This document shows positions 38,933 through 49,814 of a stretch of DNA of 64,000 bases, in pieces (positions within the stretch are counted from its first letter, which is position 1; the number at the start of each line of letters is the position of its first letter). The position numbers were made by a program, and so were the translations under genes. Location: positions 1 through 64,000 of the forward strand of contig CBDCCZ010000004.1 of the NCBI GenBank assembly GCA_965215005.1, in the 5' to 3' direction. This DNA comes from Kofleriaceae bacterium. Its GTDB lineage: Bacteria; Myxococcota_A; Polyangia; Haliangiales; Haliangiaceae. The notes under the pieces are model-generated. The model did no database searches and was not told the origin of the DNA. It was given only the letters and a program-made list of their open reading frames with translations.

Positions 38933-40219
38933 ATGCGCCGCATGGTGAGAGCCCGGGGGCGCGCGTTTTGGTCGGACACACTGGGGCCGGGGCTGCTGTT
39001 TGCGGGAGCCGCGGTGGGGGTGTCGCACTTGGTGCAGTCGACTCGAGCGGGAGCCGAGTATGGCTTCAGCTTGGTGCTGATCATCTTAGCGGCCAACCTT
39101 CTCAAGTATCCCGCCTTCGCCTTCGGTCCCCGTTATGCGGCCGCGACTGGCACCAGCATTTTGGAAGGATATCGCCGGCAGGGGCGCTGGGCCCTGGTGC
39201 TCTACGCCATCTTGACCGTAGGCACCATGTTCACCGTGTTGGCAGTGGTCACGGTGGTCACGGCGGGGATCGCCAAGGCGCTGCTAGAGCTCGAAGCCAG
39301 CGTTGCGTGGATCTCGGCATTCCTCTTGGTCGCCGGTAGCGTCACCCTCGCGGTGGGGCGCTATCGAGTTCTCGATCGCTTCATGAAGCCGGTGGTGGCC
39401 CTGCTAACGATCATGACGGTCACGGCCGCGGCGCTGGTGGTGCCAACGATCGATTGGAGTGAAATCGCGCTATGGCCGACCACCTGGAACCACGCCACCT
39501 CGAGCTTCGTTGCGCCGCTCGTGGGCTGGATGCCCTCGGCTGTGGACGTCGCGGTGTGGCACTCGCTGTGGACCCTGGCCAAGCGCCGCGATTCCCACCA
39601 CGCGCCGTCCATCGCCGACGCAATGCTCGACTTCAACATTGGCTACATCGGCACCGCGCTGCTGGCGATTTGCTTCCTCGTGATGGGGGCGGGACTTCTG
39701 TATGGCACCGGCCAAACCGTGCCGGTTGCGGCGGGTGCCTTCGCCAACCAGGTCATCGATCTATATGCAACCGCGCTCGGTGGCTGGAGCCGCTACCTCA
39801 TCGGCAGCTGTGCGTTGGCGGTGATGATATCGACGACGATCACCGTGCTCGATGGCTTTCCGCGAGCGCTGGCCGGGTTGGTGGAGAGGTTTCGCTGCGC
39901 CGAGGTCGCCGATGCCGATGACAGTGAGCTGTCTCGCCGCGCCTACTGGGTGGCGGTGCTGGTGCTGTCGGCCGGCGCGACGGTGATCCTGTTTTACGTG
40001 CAGGGCCAGGACTTCAAGCGGCTGGTCGATCTAGCGACGGCGCTGGCGTTCCTCACCGCGCCGGTGCTGGCGATACTCAACCATCGCTCGGTGTTCGCAG
40101 GCTACATTCCCGCCGACCGCCGCCCCGGAGCAGCCATGCGCGCGTTTAGCTTGGCGAGCATCGTGTTGCTCATCGCCTTCGCCATTTGGTGGCTGGCCAC
40201 CACCTACCTCATGAATTAG
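38933..40219 (+). CDS. NRAMP-like divalent metal cation transporter
   Basis: GPGLLFAGAAVGVSHLVQSTRAGA, GWMPS, DFNIGY, STTITVLDGFPR; many TM segments. Confidence 0.85.
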   Translation: MRRMVRARGRAFWSDTLGPGLLFAGAAVGVSHLVQSTRAGAEYGFSLVLIILAANLLKYPAFAFGPRYAAATGTSILEGYRRQGRWALVLYAILTVGTMFTVLAVVTVVTAGIAKALLELEASVAWISAFLLVAGSVTLAVGRYRVLDRFMKPVVALLTIMTVTAAALVVPTIDWSEIALWPTTWNHATSSFVAPLVGWMPSAVDVAVWHSLWTLAKRRDSHHAPSIADAMLDFNIGYIGTALLAICFLVMGAGLLYGTGQTVPVAAGAFANQVIDLYATALGGWSRYLIGSCALAVMISTTITVLDGFPRALAGLVERFRCAEVADADDSELSRRAYWVAVLVLSAGATVILFYVQGQDFKRLVDLATALAFLTAPVLAILNHRSVFAGYIPADRRPGAAMRAFSLASIVLLIAFAIWWLATTYLMN

Positions 40220-40371
40220 TTCGCCGGCCCACAAGTTTTTGCCAGACCGTCCGATAGCGAGGGCGCGACTCGAGCGAGTCGTCGACCCAAGGCGGTCGAT
40301 GCGCGGTGCTCACAGCCTGGCCCTCGTGACTGCCGCCGATGAAGTGAGACTTGTACGAAGGCGGCCCGTCC

Positions 40372-40581
40372 ATGAGTCAACGCAGTCATTCCCCTTCCTT
40401 GCCCGTTGCAGCGGAGCGAAGATCTTCTCCCTCGAGCGAGCTTCAAGACCTTCGCGTCGATAGCGTCGACGCCGATGGTCGCGTCGTTCTGCGGTTTCCC
40501 GGCGGTTGGACTCTTCAGCTCGAGGTCTCCGCCGACGCTGCTGCCGCTTACCGAGCGCTGCTGCGCCGCCGTGCTGCGTAG
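40372..40581 (+). CDS. Small hypothetical protein
   Basis: Plausible globular segment LRVDSVDADGRVVLRFPGGWTLQLEV in an otherwise empty gap. Confidence 0.35.
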   Translation: MSQRSHSPSLPVAAERRSSPSSELQDLRVDSVDADGRVVLRFPGGWTLQLEVSADAAAAYRALLRRRAA

Positions 40582-40637
40582 CGTGTCGCCGTTGTCAGAC
40601 ATGCCGCGTACCTTCGGCGCGCTTGGGAGGCATTCTG

Positions 40638-41324
40638 ATGACCACTGCACTGCGTTGTGCCGCTGTCGTAGCGGCGACTCTTTTCACCAGCATTGGCGTC
40701 GTGGGCGCGCAGGAGTTCGACGAAGACGTCGACTCGGCCCCTCCGACCCGGCCGATCGTGCCGCTCGGCGGCAGCGACTTCGACCAGACGCTTGGGGCGT
40801 GGGGCTTCGAGGTAGTGGCGCAGCAGCTGCCACCCGGGCTGGTAGGAGCTGCGACGCCGGCGATCATTCCGCTTCTTGGCGTCCGCACGTGGAGCTCGCG
40901 CGAGGGTGGTTGGGAGGCGGGGGCGGCGCTGGCCTTTCGCCGCGAGAGCGAGGCCGGTGTGGATGCCTCGGCGCTCTACCTCGGGGGCACGTTTGGGTTG
41001 ATTCGGGCGCTCGGCGTCTACGATCACCTCGCGGTTTTTTGGGAGCCGCAGGGCACGCTGCTGGTGCTGGTGCCCGACGACGGCATCGATGGTACCGACA
41101 ACGACCCGGGATTCTTTGCCGAAGCGCGGGTGAGCGTTGGCGCCGAGGTGCGGCTTGGCTTTATTGGCCTCGAGCGCATCGGGCTGACCACCAAGCTCGG
41201 CGCCGGGCTGCAAGTGCTCAACGATGGTAGCGACACCGATTTTGCCGTCGGCACCTTGGGAGGCGTCGCAAACAGCGTCGAGGGGCTCCTCGAGACCAAC
41301 GTCGGATTCGTCTTCTACATGTAG
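40638..41324 (+). CDS. Putative outer-membrane beta-barrel protein
   Basis: GGAGG RBS, signal peptide, amphipathic beta-strands, aromatic C-terminus VGFVFYM. Confidence 0.7.
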   Translation: MTTALRCAAVVAATLFTSIGVVGAQEFDEDVDSAPPTRPIVPLGGSDFDQTLGAWGFEVVAQQLPPGLVGAATPAIIPLLGVRTWSSREGGWEAGAALAFRRESEAGVDASALYLGGTFGLIRALGVYDHLAVFWEPQGTLLVLVPDDGIDGTDNDPGFFAEARVSVGAEVRLGFIGLERIGLTTKLGAGLQVLNDGSDTDFAVGTLGGVANSVEGLLETNVGFVFYM

Positions 41325-41376
41325 CCGCTGCCTTGGCAGCCGCCGACGGGGGCTGAAGCCAGAGCGCCGATTCCGT

Positions 41377-44277
41377 ATGATCGACGCTCTGCTACCAGCT
41401 GCTCAAAAGATGATCCACGGCAGGGCGGGCCGCTATGCTTGCCGCGTCTGTTTCTGCGCGCTCGCGCTCATGGCGGTGCTCCTGCTTCTGTGCTCGAGCG
41501 CCGGCGCCGCTACCGTGCAACATCATCGTCTGGATAACGGCGTTCGGGTCGTGCTCGCGCCGCATCGCGGGGCTTCAGTCGTGGCGATGCAAGCATGGCT
41601 TGGCGTTGGGGCAGCCGACGACACTATCGCTGGCTCGGGCACTGCGCACGTCGTCGAGCACATGCTTTTCAAGGGCACGGCGCGTCGCGGGGTCGGCGAG
41701 CTCGCTCGAGTGATCGAGCAGGCCGGCGGTGACCTCGACGCGTGGACCAGCTTCGACGAGACCGTCTATCACTTGGTCTTGCCGAGTCGCCGCTTCGACA
41801 TCGGCCTCGATGTGCTCGCGGATGCGCTTGCGCATTCTCGCTTCGCTGCCGACGAGCTCGAGCGCGAGCGGCAGGTGATTCTCGAGGAGCTGCGCCATCG
41901 CGATGAAGATCCTCAGCAGGCCGCCGCGCAAGCATTGTTGGCGATGGCCTACGCCCACCAACCCTACGGCCATCCGATCCTCGGCCACCGCGAGCACGTG
42001 CAGCGGTTGCGCCGCTCGCAACTACTGCAGTTCGTGCGGGCGTGGTACGTCGGACGCAATCTCACGTTCGTGGCGGCGGGGGACTTCGAGCCGGGGTGGG
42101 CGCTCGAGCGCGTACGATTGGCTCTGGCAGCGATACCCGATGCAGCGCTGCCGCGACGTGTGGTTTCACGCGTACGCTCGGATGGCCCTCGTCACCGCGT
42201 CGCGCGGCGTGACGTCGGCCAGAGTTATGTCGCCATGGCGGTGCCCACTGCGGCCGTGGCGCATGAAGATCAGCCGGCGCTCGAGGTCTTGGCTAGCTTC
42301 TTGAATCGCGGCGGGTCCTCGCGGCTGGTGCGGCGAGTCGAGCGCGACGGCGACCTGGTGCACGCGATGGAGGTCTCCGCACACGCTCTGCGTCATGCCG
42401 GCTTATTCGTCATCACGGCGATCGTGCAGCCCGCGGCGCTCGAGTCCGCGATTCGCAGCGTCGCCGCGGAGCTCGCCGCCGTCGCCGAGCAGCCGATGCC
42501 CACCGATGCGCTTCATCGGGCACGGCGCGCCGTGGAGGCGCGAGCGGCGTTTGCTGCCGAGACCGCGCAAGGGGTGGCGCGCACGCACGGATTTTGGGCC
42601 ACGATGATCGGCGACCCCGGCCACCAGCGCCATTATCTAGCGACCGCCGCTGCCGTCGACGCCAGCCAGCTGCGTCGGGTGGCGGCGCGCTACTTCGACG
42701 CTCGCCGACTGCTGGTTGCGGCCATCGTTCCGCCGCATGGACGCGCATCTTCAATCCGCACCGGCACCGCATGGAATCATCCCCCGGGATTCGACGGCGG
42801 TGCGTCGCTAAATGCGCAACCACTGGCCGAGACGACCACCAACGAGGAGCGAGCAGCGGCCGCTCATGCGCCGTCGCAGGAGCGAGAAGCGCGTCAGCAG
42901 TCCTTCGGCCGCGAACAAACGCGTGGACGACATCGCGGGGCCGTGGTCGGGGCGCCAGGCACGGCGGGCGTTCGCGTTGCCTCTAAGCCGGACGTGGTGC
43001 GGGCGGTGCTGCCCAATGGCGTGCGAGTGTTAATCAAAGCCGACGCCGGTGCGCCATTGGTTGCCATGCGTGCTTTGTGGCCCGGCGGCGTCAGGCTAGA
43101 GCGAGAAACCAACAGCGGCGTCACTCGATTGCTCGCGGCGCTGCTTCCACGCGGCTGCGGGCAGTTAGGTGCCAAAGCCTTCGCCAAGCGCGTCGACGAC
43201 ATGGCCGGCTCCATCGTCGGCATCGCCGGCCGCGACTCCTTCGGGCTGCGCGCCGAGTGGCTCGCGCGCGACTGGCGCGAGGGGTTGGAGTTGCTTGCCG
43301 ACTGCCTCACGACGCCGGCACTGCCGTCGCGCGAGCTCACTCGCGAGCGCCGCCGCGCTCTAAACGAGCTGCGCGCGCGCGGCCGAAATCCCAGCTACGC
43401 CGCATTCCGAGCGCTGCACGAAACTCTGTTTCGCAGCCATCCCTACCGCTTCGATCCGCTCGGCCGCCCGGAGGCGCTTGCCTCGATCTCACGAGATGAC
43501 CTCCTCGACCTCTATCAGCACCGTTATCCGCTCTCTGCGATGACGATCGCCATCGTCGGCGATGTCGAGCCCGGCGAGGTGCTCCGCGAGCTCCGTGAGC
43601 GCTTCGCGGATGCACCGCGCCGCCGCGCATCCAAGCCCGAGGTGGCAGGCGAGACCTTCGACGGTCGCAGCGATGCTGAGCGCCAGGTGTTCCGTTTTCT
43701 CGACCGCCAGCAGGCGCATCTGGTCGTCGGCTTTCCGGGCACCACCCTGGCCAGTCCCGATCGCGCTGCTCTGGAAATCCTAGCGACGGTTCTCGGCGGG
43801 CAGGGCGGCCGACTGTTTCTCGAGCTGCGCGAGCGTCAAGCTCTGGCCTATCGCATCAGTGCGCAGTCGGTCGAGGGAGTCGACCGCGGCGTAATCGCGT
43901 TTTACCTCGCCTGCAGCCCTAGCAAGCTGCCCGCGGCGGTTCGTGGCTTGCGCGTCGAGCTGCAGCGAGTGGTCGATGAGGGCATCGATCCCGAGGAGCT
44001 AGAGCGTGCGGTCGAGTACCTGGTGGGCGTCCATGAAATTGCGCTACAGCGGCGCGCTGCAGTCGCCGCCGCCATGGCGTTTCATGAAGCCCACGGCCTC
44101 GGCTGGGACGCCTATCGCCGTTATGCCGCCGAGCTTGCCGCGGTCACCGTTGCCCAGGTGCAGCAGGTGGCGCGCAAGTACCTCGACTGGAAGCTCGCGG
44201 TTACCTCGACCGTCATGCCGCCGACTCTCACCCCAGGCGCGGGCCGACGCGCGAGCCCTCGGAGGCCCGTGCCGTGA
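41377..44277 (+). CDS. M16 (pitrilysin/PqqL-like) zinc protease; start uncertain
   Basis: LDNGVRV, AHVVEHMLFKGT (HxxEH), second LPNGVRV half lacking the motif. Confidence 0.9.
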   Translation: MIDALLPAAQKMIHGRAGRYACRVCFCALALMAVLLLLCSSAGAATVQHHRLDNGVRVVLAPHRGASVVAMQAWLGVGAADDTIAGSGTAHVVEHMLFKGTARRGVGELARVIEQAGGDLDAWTSFDETVYHLVLPSRRFDIGLDVLADALAHSRFAADELERERQVILEELRHRDEDPQQAAAQALLAMAYAHQPYGHPILGHREHVQRLRRSQLLQFVRAWYVGRNLTFVAAGDFEPGWALERVRLALAAIPDAALPRRVVSRVRSDGPRHRVARRDVGQSYVAMAVPTAAVAHEDQPALEVLASFLNRGGSSRLVRRVERDGDLVHAMEVSAHALRHAGLFVITAIVQPAALESAIRSVAAELAAVAEQPMPTDALHRARRAVEARAAFAAETAQGVARTHGFWATMIGDPGHQRHYLATAAAVDASQLRRVAARYFDARRLLVAAIVPPHGRASSIRTGTAWNHPPGFDGGASLNAQPLAETTTNEERAAAAHAPSQEREARQQSFGREQTRGRHRGAVVGAPGTAGVRVASKPDVVRAVLPNGVRVLIKADAGAPLVAMRALWPGGVRLERETNSGVTRLLAALLPRGCGQLGAKAFAKRVDDMAGSIVGIAGRDSFGLRAEWLARDWREGLELLADCLTTPALPSRELTRERRRALNELRARGRNPSYAAFRALHETLFRSHPYRFDPLGRPEALASISRDDLLDLYQHRYPLSAMTIAIVGDVEPGEVLRELRERFADAPRRRASKPEVAGETFDGRSDAERQVFRFLDRQQAHLVVGFPGTTLASPDRAALEILATVLGGQGGRLFLELRERQALAYRISAQSVEGVDRGVIAFYLACSPSKLPAAVRGLRVELQRVVDEGIDPEELERAVEYLVGVHEIALQRRAAVAAAMAFHEAHGLGWDAYRRYAAELAAVTVAQVQQVARKYLDWKLAVTSTVMPPTLTPGAGRRASPRRPVP

Positions 44278-44999
44278 GCCGCTCACGCCCCTGCCATGGC
44301 TCGCTAGGTCGCGGCGAGCTGGCCAGCAGCCTGGTCTTCATCGTTCCCTTATTCCTCGCCTATGAGGTAGGGGTTCTGTTCTCGCCTTCGGTCAACGGCG
44401 TCGACTTCGTCACGCGCCATGTGTACGCCGCGCTCGATCACGATCGCGGCCGTTATCTGCTCTTTCACTTGGCGCTGGCGATCGCGTTCGGTGTGTATCT
44501 GCTGGTTTTGCGTCGACGCCGGCAGCTCGGCTTCGATTCGTATTTGGCTATGGTCCTCGAGTCGACCATCTATGCCATCACGCTGGGCTCGGCGATCGTC
44601 TTTCTCATGCAGGAGTTGCTGGGCTTTCAGCTCACCCTCGCGGTCAACGTCGACTCGCTGAGCCTCGGCGATTCTGGACGGGCCATCGTTACCTCGCTTG
44701 GCGCTGGTGTGCACGAAGAGCTGGTATTTCGGCTTGGACTGATGGGCGGCGGCCACGCCCTGTTGCGCCGCACGGCGATCGCGAGCGGCCCTGCGTTGGT
44801 CATCGCCTTGATCGGCTCGGCGGTGCTGTTCTCGGCGGCGCATCACGTGGGCCCGCATGGCGATGCGTGGGACGCGAGCGTATTCACCTATCGAGCGCTA
44901 GCCGGGGTGGCCTTCGGACTCATCTTTTATTACCGCTCGCTGGCGCACGCGGTGTATACGCACGTGCTCTACGATCTTTACGTGCTGCTCATCCGGTGA
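44274..44999 (+). CDS. CPBP-family intramembrane glutamic endopeptidase
   Basis: [25 protein letters not shown]. Confidence 0.85.
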   Translation: MSRSRPCHGSLGRGELASSLVFIVPLFLAYEVGVLFSPSVNGVDFVTRHVYAALDHDRGRYLLFHLALAIAFGVYLLVLRRRRQLGFDSYLAMVLESTIYAITLGSAIVFLMQELLGFQLTLAVNVDSLSLGDSGRAIVTSLGAGVHEELVFRLGLMGGGHALLRRTAIASGPALVIALIGSAVLFSAAHHVGPHGDAWDASVFTYRALAGVAFGLIFYYRSLAHAVYTHVLYDLYVLLIR

Positions 45000-45373
45000 A
45001 GCTCGCCTTTTTGATAGCCCTCTGCGGAGCTGTTGGCACCATCGCCCGCTACTTCGTCGGCCTCGGCGTCACTCGCCTCAGCGGCTCCTCGCTGGCGTGG
45101 GGAACTCTCACCGTGAACGTGCTCGGCTCCTTCGCCATGGGCTTGATCATGGGAATCTTCGCGGCCCGCGGCGAGCTCGACTCGCGACTGCGAATCGCCA
45201 TCACGGTTGGCTTCCTCGGCGGCTTCACCACCTACTCCTCGTTCGCGCTCGAGACCGTGACGCTGCTCGAGCGCCGGCAGGCGGTGTGGGCAGCGCTTTA
45301 CGTGCTCGGCACGCTGCTCTTGGCCGGCGGCGCCTGCTGGGGAGGGTTTCTGCTCGCTCGATCGTTTCGCTAG
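44996..45373 (+). CDS. crcB: Fluoride efflux channel CrcB/FluC
   Basis: [30 protein letters not shown]. Confidence 0.93.
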   Translation: MKLAFLIALCGAVGTIARYFVGLGVTRLSGSSLAWGTLTVNVLGSFAMGLIMGIFAARGELDSRLRIAITVGFLGGFTTYSSFALETVTLLERRQAVWAALYVLGTLLLAGGACWGGFLLARSFR

Positions 45374-45407
45374 CTCGGCGTGATGAACGGTTCGCTTCCC
45401 TGCGCGC

Positions 45408-46340
45408 CTATAGCAGCAGGGAAAGGGGATTTCGCTCGAGCCGCATCTCTTCAACGTAGAGCTTGATTGAGGCCATCTTTGGCTCCGCTTTGTTTGCTTC
45501 GCTCTTGTCGATACGGAATTCTTGAATGCCCACACGCGATAGCTCCACCGACATCAGCTCCGAGCGCAAATCGGGCGTCATGTAGCTGATGACGCCGCTG
45601 CGCTCCTGGCGCACGTCGATGTCGCCGTTGACGATGTAGTCGCTGTACCACTTGCGGAAGCCCCCCGCGTTGACGAGTGGGATACGCAGCGTGAGCTCGG
45701 GGAACTCCAGGCTCATCGGCTCGAGGGTGGGGAAGCGATCCTCGCCGACGTGAAGCTGGTTGACGTTCTGCTTGATGGTGAACGACTCGACGCTCACGAT
45801 GTGCTCGCAGCCGTCGATCCCATCGAGGCTCATGCGGAAGTTGGATGCGAGCCAGGGAATCTGTTTGGCGAGGTTTGCTGGCGAGTACACGGGCAAGCCA
45901 TCGCCTTCGCGCAGCTCGACGTGTTGTGGGTGGAGCTTGATCGTGATGTAGCCAGCTTCGTCCGAGTGGGCGTCGAGCTTGGGAAGCGTGGTCTCGATCA
46001 AGAGCGCGTCGGTGTAGTGCATCTCATAGCGCGAGCTCCCATCGTAGTCGGCGTGGATGATCTCACCGCTGAGCCGGTCATAGTCGCGCCGCCAGGCTTT
46101 TTGAATCGACTCGAGCACGGTCCAACTAAACCCCATGCCGAGCTCGATGGTGAGTGGCTCGATTTCCACCGTTCCCACGTGCTTGAACGCCAGCGCCGTG
46201 GGACCAGTGGATTCGCTCACGACGTTTCCCTTCACTTGTCCACCGTCGACCGACTTGACGAAGGCGGTGTCGAGCACCCCATCGATGGTGAAACGAAAGC
46301 GTCCGGCGGCGAAGCTGGTCCTGTCGAAGATTCCTAACAT
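45408..46340 (-). CDS. Phage tail tube (T4 gp19 / Afp1-5-like) protein with two tandem tube domains
   Basis: Two similar halves, FRFTIDG...SVDG...LTIE...SGEI...LDA and FRMSLDG...SVES...LTLR...ERSGVI...SIKL.VE; GAGGAG RBS. Confidence 0.72.
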   Translation of the reverse strand: MLGIFDRTSFAAGRFRFTIDGVLDTAFVKSVDGGQVKGNVVSESTGPTALAFKHVGTVEIEPLTIELGMGFSWTVLESIQKAWRRDYDRLSGEIIHADYDGSSRYEMHYTDALLIETTLPKLDAHSDEAGYITIKLHPQHVELREGDGLPVYSPANLAKQIPWLASNFRMSLDGIDGCEHIVSVESFTIKQNVNQLHVGEDRFPTLEPMSLEFPELTLRIPLVNAGGFRKWYSDYIVNGDIDVRQERSGVISYMTPDLRSELMSVELSRVGIQEFRIDKSEANKAEPKMASIKLYVEEMRLERNPLSLLL

Positions 46341-46557
46341 GGTCGTGCTCCTCGAAGTTGGCGTCATCCTAGTACGCGTAAACCGCTGTGCTCCTTCCGC
46401 GGCCAACAGTGGGGCCGAGATCCCCAGAGCAACGGCCTGGGTAGCCGCCGAATTGCTCGCGATCACAGGATGTTGGCTCGCTTTGACGCGGTGGTAAGCC
46501 GGGGCCCGAGGTTCCGGCCCTAACGCAGTTGATCCCGTAATTTCAAGAGGTTACCGA

Positions 46558-46572
46558 TGGCACGAGGGTTGA
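46558..46572 (+). promoter_or_regulatory. Putative sigma54-type promoter
   Basis: TGGCACG-N4-TTGA (consensus TGGCACG-N4-TTGC), 19 bp before ATG 46592. Confidence 0.4.
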
Positions 46573-46591
46573 AGATATCGCCAGCGGAACC

Positions 46592-48079
46592 ATGAGCAAG
46601 ACCAACACAAACATCTTTCTTACGGTCGCCGCCGGGGTCTTCTTGCTTCTTGGTATCTGGAACGCCTCGACGGCCAACGCAGAAACAGTACGCACGTCCA
46701 AAACCGCGCGGGTGATGAAGCGCCCCGGGGAACGGTCGAGCGTCGTAACCCGTGTCGACCCAGGCACGGAGATGAAGGTTCTCGACCGCACCGGCCGTTG
46801 GGTCAAGGTGCGGGTCGACGGGCGCACCGGCTGGGTCACGCGCACGTCCCTCGCAGCGCCCGATCGCCAGGCCCGCACGGTCTCCAAGACCCGGCGTCGC
46901 GCGTTCGTCGATGGTCGCTCGACCCGGCGCGGCGGCATTGCCGGCGCCCCCGAGGATCGCGTCGGAGCCGACGCCATCGAGGAAGAGGAGATCATCGAAG
47001 AGGACGAAGCGCCGCGTCGAGCGCGGGCGCGCCGAGCAGACGATGAGGTTGCCATTCTCGAGGATGAAGAGCTCGACGACGGCGGCTTCGAGGATGAGAT
47101 TGAGGAGGATAGGGCGGAGCCGGCTAAGCGCGTCGTCATGGTGACCGCTGCCAAATCGGAGCTGCGCTCGCGCCCGTCGAAGAAGTCGCGTCGAGTGATG
47201 CGGGTAAAGGAGGGCGAGGAGCTGTTCTTCGTTCGCGAGAGCGAGTCGGGTAACTGGATGCTCGTCGAAGACAGCGGTGGTGAAGCCGGCTGGATTCGCT
47301 CTTCCGAAGTTGGCAATTCGGGCTTCAACTACCCCGCCTCGACCAAGTTCGCCAACGCCCGCCTCGGGTACGCGAGTCTCAGCTCGGAGTTTCGCTCGAA
47401 CGGCGCCGGTGAGCTCGCCAACTACGACACCTCGGCAGCCGCAGCTTCGGTCGGCATCGGCGGTGAATACATCTATCGCTACTCACCGACCTATCTCATT
47501 CGCGTCGATGGTAGCTATCTCGGTGCGCGCAGCTCGCCCGGCATTCGTTTCACCAATGCCGCCGGCATGAGCAGCGACATCGCCTTCATCTCTCATGAGG
47601 TCGCCGCCGGCGCCGCACTTGGCTACAACTTCCAAAACGAGCGGGGCATCGCCGCATATGCCCGCGCCGGGTATCACTACGGCAAGCTCGATATCTCTGA
47701 TGGCTCCGACATCGCCGTGAACACAGCGTATCTGCCTTCTGAGATCCTCTCCGGCATCACCGTGGGCGCTCTCGTCGATGTTCCGCGCTTGACGAACAAA
47801 ATTGGTGCTCGCATCGGCCTCGACCTGCTCTACCCAAACGGCAAGCTGCAACAGACGCAAGGTCTAGAAGATGGCACGAGCTCCGACGTCACCGCAGCCT
47901 GGGGAACGGCCCTGCTCGTTTATCAGTGGAAGCCGGCGTGGGACATCACCGGCGGGTACCGGTACGGCTACTCCAAGGTCGACTTCGAAGGTGCGTCCAT
48001 GCGTCCGCACGCCGCGACCGAAGCCGACCGCAAGAACGTCTCCCACACTCTATCTTTGGGGGTCGGCAAGTCCTTCTAA
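46592..48079 (+). CDS. SH3-domain-containing outer-membrane beta-barrel protein
   Basis: Signal peptide, two SH3b-like repeats (W.KV...GRTGWV; W..V....GEAGWI), acidic linker, barrel ending GVGKSF. Confidence 0.78.
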   Translation: MSKTNTNIFLTVAAGVFLLLGIWNASTANAETVRTSKTARVMKRPGERSSVVTRVDPGTEMKVLDRTGRWVKVRVDGRTGWVTRTSLAAPDRQARTVSKTRRRAFVDGRSTRRGGIAGAPEDRVGADAIEEEEIIEEDEAPRRARARRADDEVAILEDEELDDGGFEDEIEEDRAEPAKRVVMVTAAKSELRSRPSKKSRRVMRVKEGEELFFVRESESGNWMLVEDSGGEAGWIRSSEVGNSGFNYPASTKFANARLGYASLSSEFRSNGAGELANYDTSAAAASVGIGGEYIYRYSPTYLIRVDGSYLGARSSPGIRFTNAAGMSSDIAFISHEVAAGAALGYNFQNERGIAAYARAGYHYGKLDISDGSDIAVNTAYLPSEILSGITVGALVDVPRLTNKIGARIGLDLLYPNGKLQQTQGLEDGTSSDVTAAWGTALLVYQWKPAWDITGGYRYGYSKVDFEGASMRPHAATEADRKNVSHTLSLGVGKSF

Positions 48080-48249
48080 GGAACGAGCCACGGATCGAGA
48101 CCGAGCTGATTACGAACGTGTCGGCTTGCATCAGCGGCTGGGAAGGGAGAACCCCGACCTGGCCGCTCGTGCGTCGAGGCGACGCGATGGACGCGCAACT
48201 CGCACCAGCAGCTTGCCGTGGTTGGCCAGGCTGCCGTAACGTGCGCCCC

Positions 48250-48522
48250 ATGTCGGTCGGTGATGTTGCTGCCGCCTATCAAGCGTATCTCGCGCGTTTC
48301 GAGAGGACCTTGGGCGAGTGCGAGATAGGCAGTTTTGCCAAACACGAGGGCAAGCTGGTCAAGAAGCTGGCGGCACAGCAGTTTGCGGCCGTCTGGGACG
48401 AGTACCACCACGTCACCGGCGCTTACTTCGATAGCATCAAACGCGGCGACACCATCAACGACGTGTTGGTCAAGCTCATCCGCGACCGTGCCGCGCAGCT
48501 GGTGCTGCCAAGTCCGGTCTAA
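48250..48522 (+). CDS. Hypothetical protein
   Basis: 90-aa ORF with high GC3 codon pattern, converging on the RHH gene. Confidence 0.55.
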   Translation: MSVGDVAAAYQAYLARFERTLGECEIGSFAKHEGKLVKKLAAQQFAAVWDEYHHVTGAYFDSIKRGDTINDVLVKLIRDRAAQLVLPSPV

Positions 48523-48545
48523 CGGTTGCCCCGTTTCCGACGTGG

Positions 48546-48872
48546 TTACCTCGGCGGCAGCTGCAGGTCTTCGACGTCCAAGCGGCTCAGGGCCATGCGG
48601 ATCAGCTGCGACTTATTGGCCTTGGTGTAGCCGCGACGTTTGAGCTCAGCGACCTTGGCCTCCAGCTCCTCGATGTCTTGGGTATACATCGAGATGCAGA
48701 TCACCTTGTAGTGAGTGGGTTTGGCCGTTGCGGCGCGGCGGCGGCGCGGGCGCGACTCATCGTGCCTAGAAGAGGCTGGCCGCTGCTCGCTAGGCTGGCC
48801 ATAGAAGTCCTCCGCCAAGATCGAGTCACTCTCGCCAAGCGGGTCGTGGCGTAGAATCTTGTCCTCCTGCAT
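48546..48872 (-). CDS. Ribbon-helix-helix-like small protein
   Basis: KVICISMY (strand) followed by helices and [18 protein letters not shown] at the parA stop. Confidence 0.7.
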   Translation of the reverse strand: MQEDKILRHDPLGESDSILAEDFYGQPSEQRPASSRHDESRPRRRRAATAKPTHYKVICISMYTQDIEELEAKVAELKRRGYTKANKSQLIRMALSRLDVEDLQLPPR

Positions 48873-48881
48873 CGATGTCTC

Positions 48882-49814
48882 CTAAGCTGCTGTATCGAGG
48901 CTGTGCTCCGCTCGAGCGTCTACCAGCCAATCGACGACGCGGTCGTAGTCATGAGCGCCACTGGAGCGGGGCGCATACTCAAAGATCGTTCGCTTGTGGC
49001 TTGGCGCCTCGGCGAGGCGAGTGTTGAGCCGGATGGGGTCGAGACACTTACCGCGGAAGTGTTCCTGCAACGTCGCCAGCACCTCGCGAGACAGCCGCGC
49101 GCGCCGGTTGAAGAAGGTAGGTAGCACGGCGGAAACCCGCACTGTGTGGTGCAGGTGGCGCTCGATGTCCTTGATCGTGCGTAGCACTTGCTTGACGCCC
49201 ACCAGTGCGAGGTAATCACAGGTTACCGGGATGATGACCTCGTCTGCGTAGCTCAGGGCGTTCTGGTTGAGCAAGTTTAGCGACGGCCCGCAGTCGAGCA
49301 CGACCAGCTCATACCGTCGTGCGACCGCCATCGTGTTGAGTCTACGTGTCATCACTCGCGCGCGGTCAACCGGCTCTTGGCGTGCGAGCCAGATTTCTGC
49401 CGCTGCCAACGCGCGATCGCTGGTGATGACGTCCAAGCTCGACCGAACCGGCACCGCTGCGACCGCCGGATCGGCACCGTCGACCAACACGTGGTAGAGG
49501 GTTTGCTCGCCGGCAACGCCAAGCGACACTCCGACGTTGCCCTGAGCATCGGTGTCGACGAGGAGGACGCGGTGACCACGCTCTGCGGCGCCGGCAGCCA
49601 AGCTCACGGCGGTGGTCGTTTTACCGGTGCCACCCTTCTGATTGAGGATCGCGATGCGTCGCGCCCGTGGGGCACGTATTGCCTCGTCGCCAAGCACATG
49701 GCGTCGGCAACCAAGCGTGCAGAAAAACAGTCGCTCCTGCGCGGTGGTCGTCGCTAGCTGGTAGACGTACGAGGGCGCGAACGTCGACCCACAACGCGAG
49801 CAGGCCCGGGTCAT
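48882..49814 (-). CDS. ParA/Soj-family ATPase with N-terminal CxxC...CxxxC (TRASH-like) domain
   Basis: [31 protein letters not shown]-terminal CSRCG...FFCTLGC. Confidence 0.88.
   Translation of the reverse strand: MTRACSRCGSTFAPSYVYQLATTTAQERLFFCTLGCRRHVLGDEAIRAPRARRIAILNQKGGTGKTTTAVSLAAGAAERGHRVLLVDTDAQGNVGVSLGVAGEQTLYHVLVDGADPAVAAVPVRSSLDVITSDRALAAAEIWLARQEPVDRARVMTRRLNTMAVARRYELVVLDCGPSLNLLNQNALSYADEVIIPVTCDYLALVGVKQVLRTIKDIERHLHHTVRVSAVLPTFFNRRARLSREVLATLQEHFRGKCLDPIRLNTRLAEAPSHKRTIFEYAPRSSGAHDYDRVVDWLVDARAEHSLDTAA

Noticed and set aside
44900..44996. Fluoride riboswitch before crcB
   Set aside because: The crcB start overlaps the upstream CPBP gene; there is no leader region
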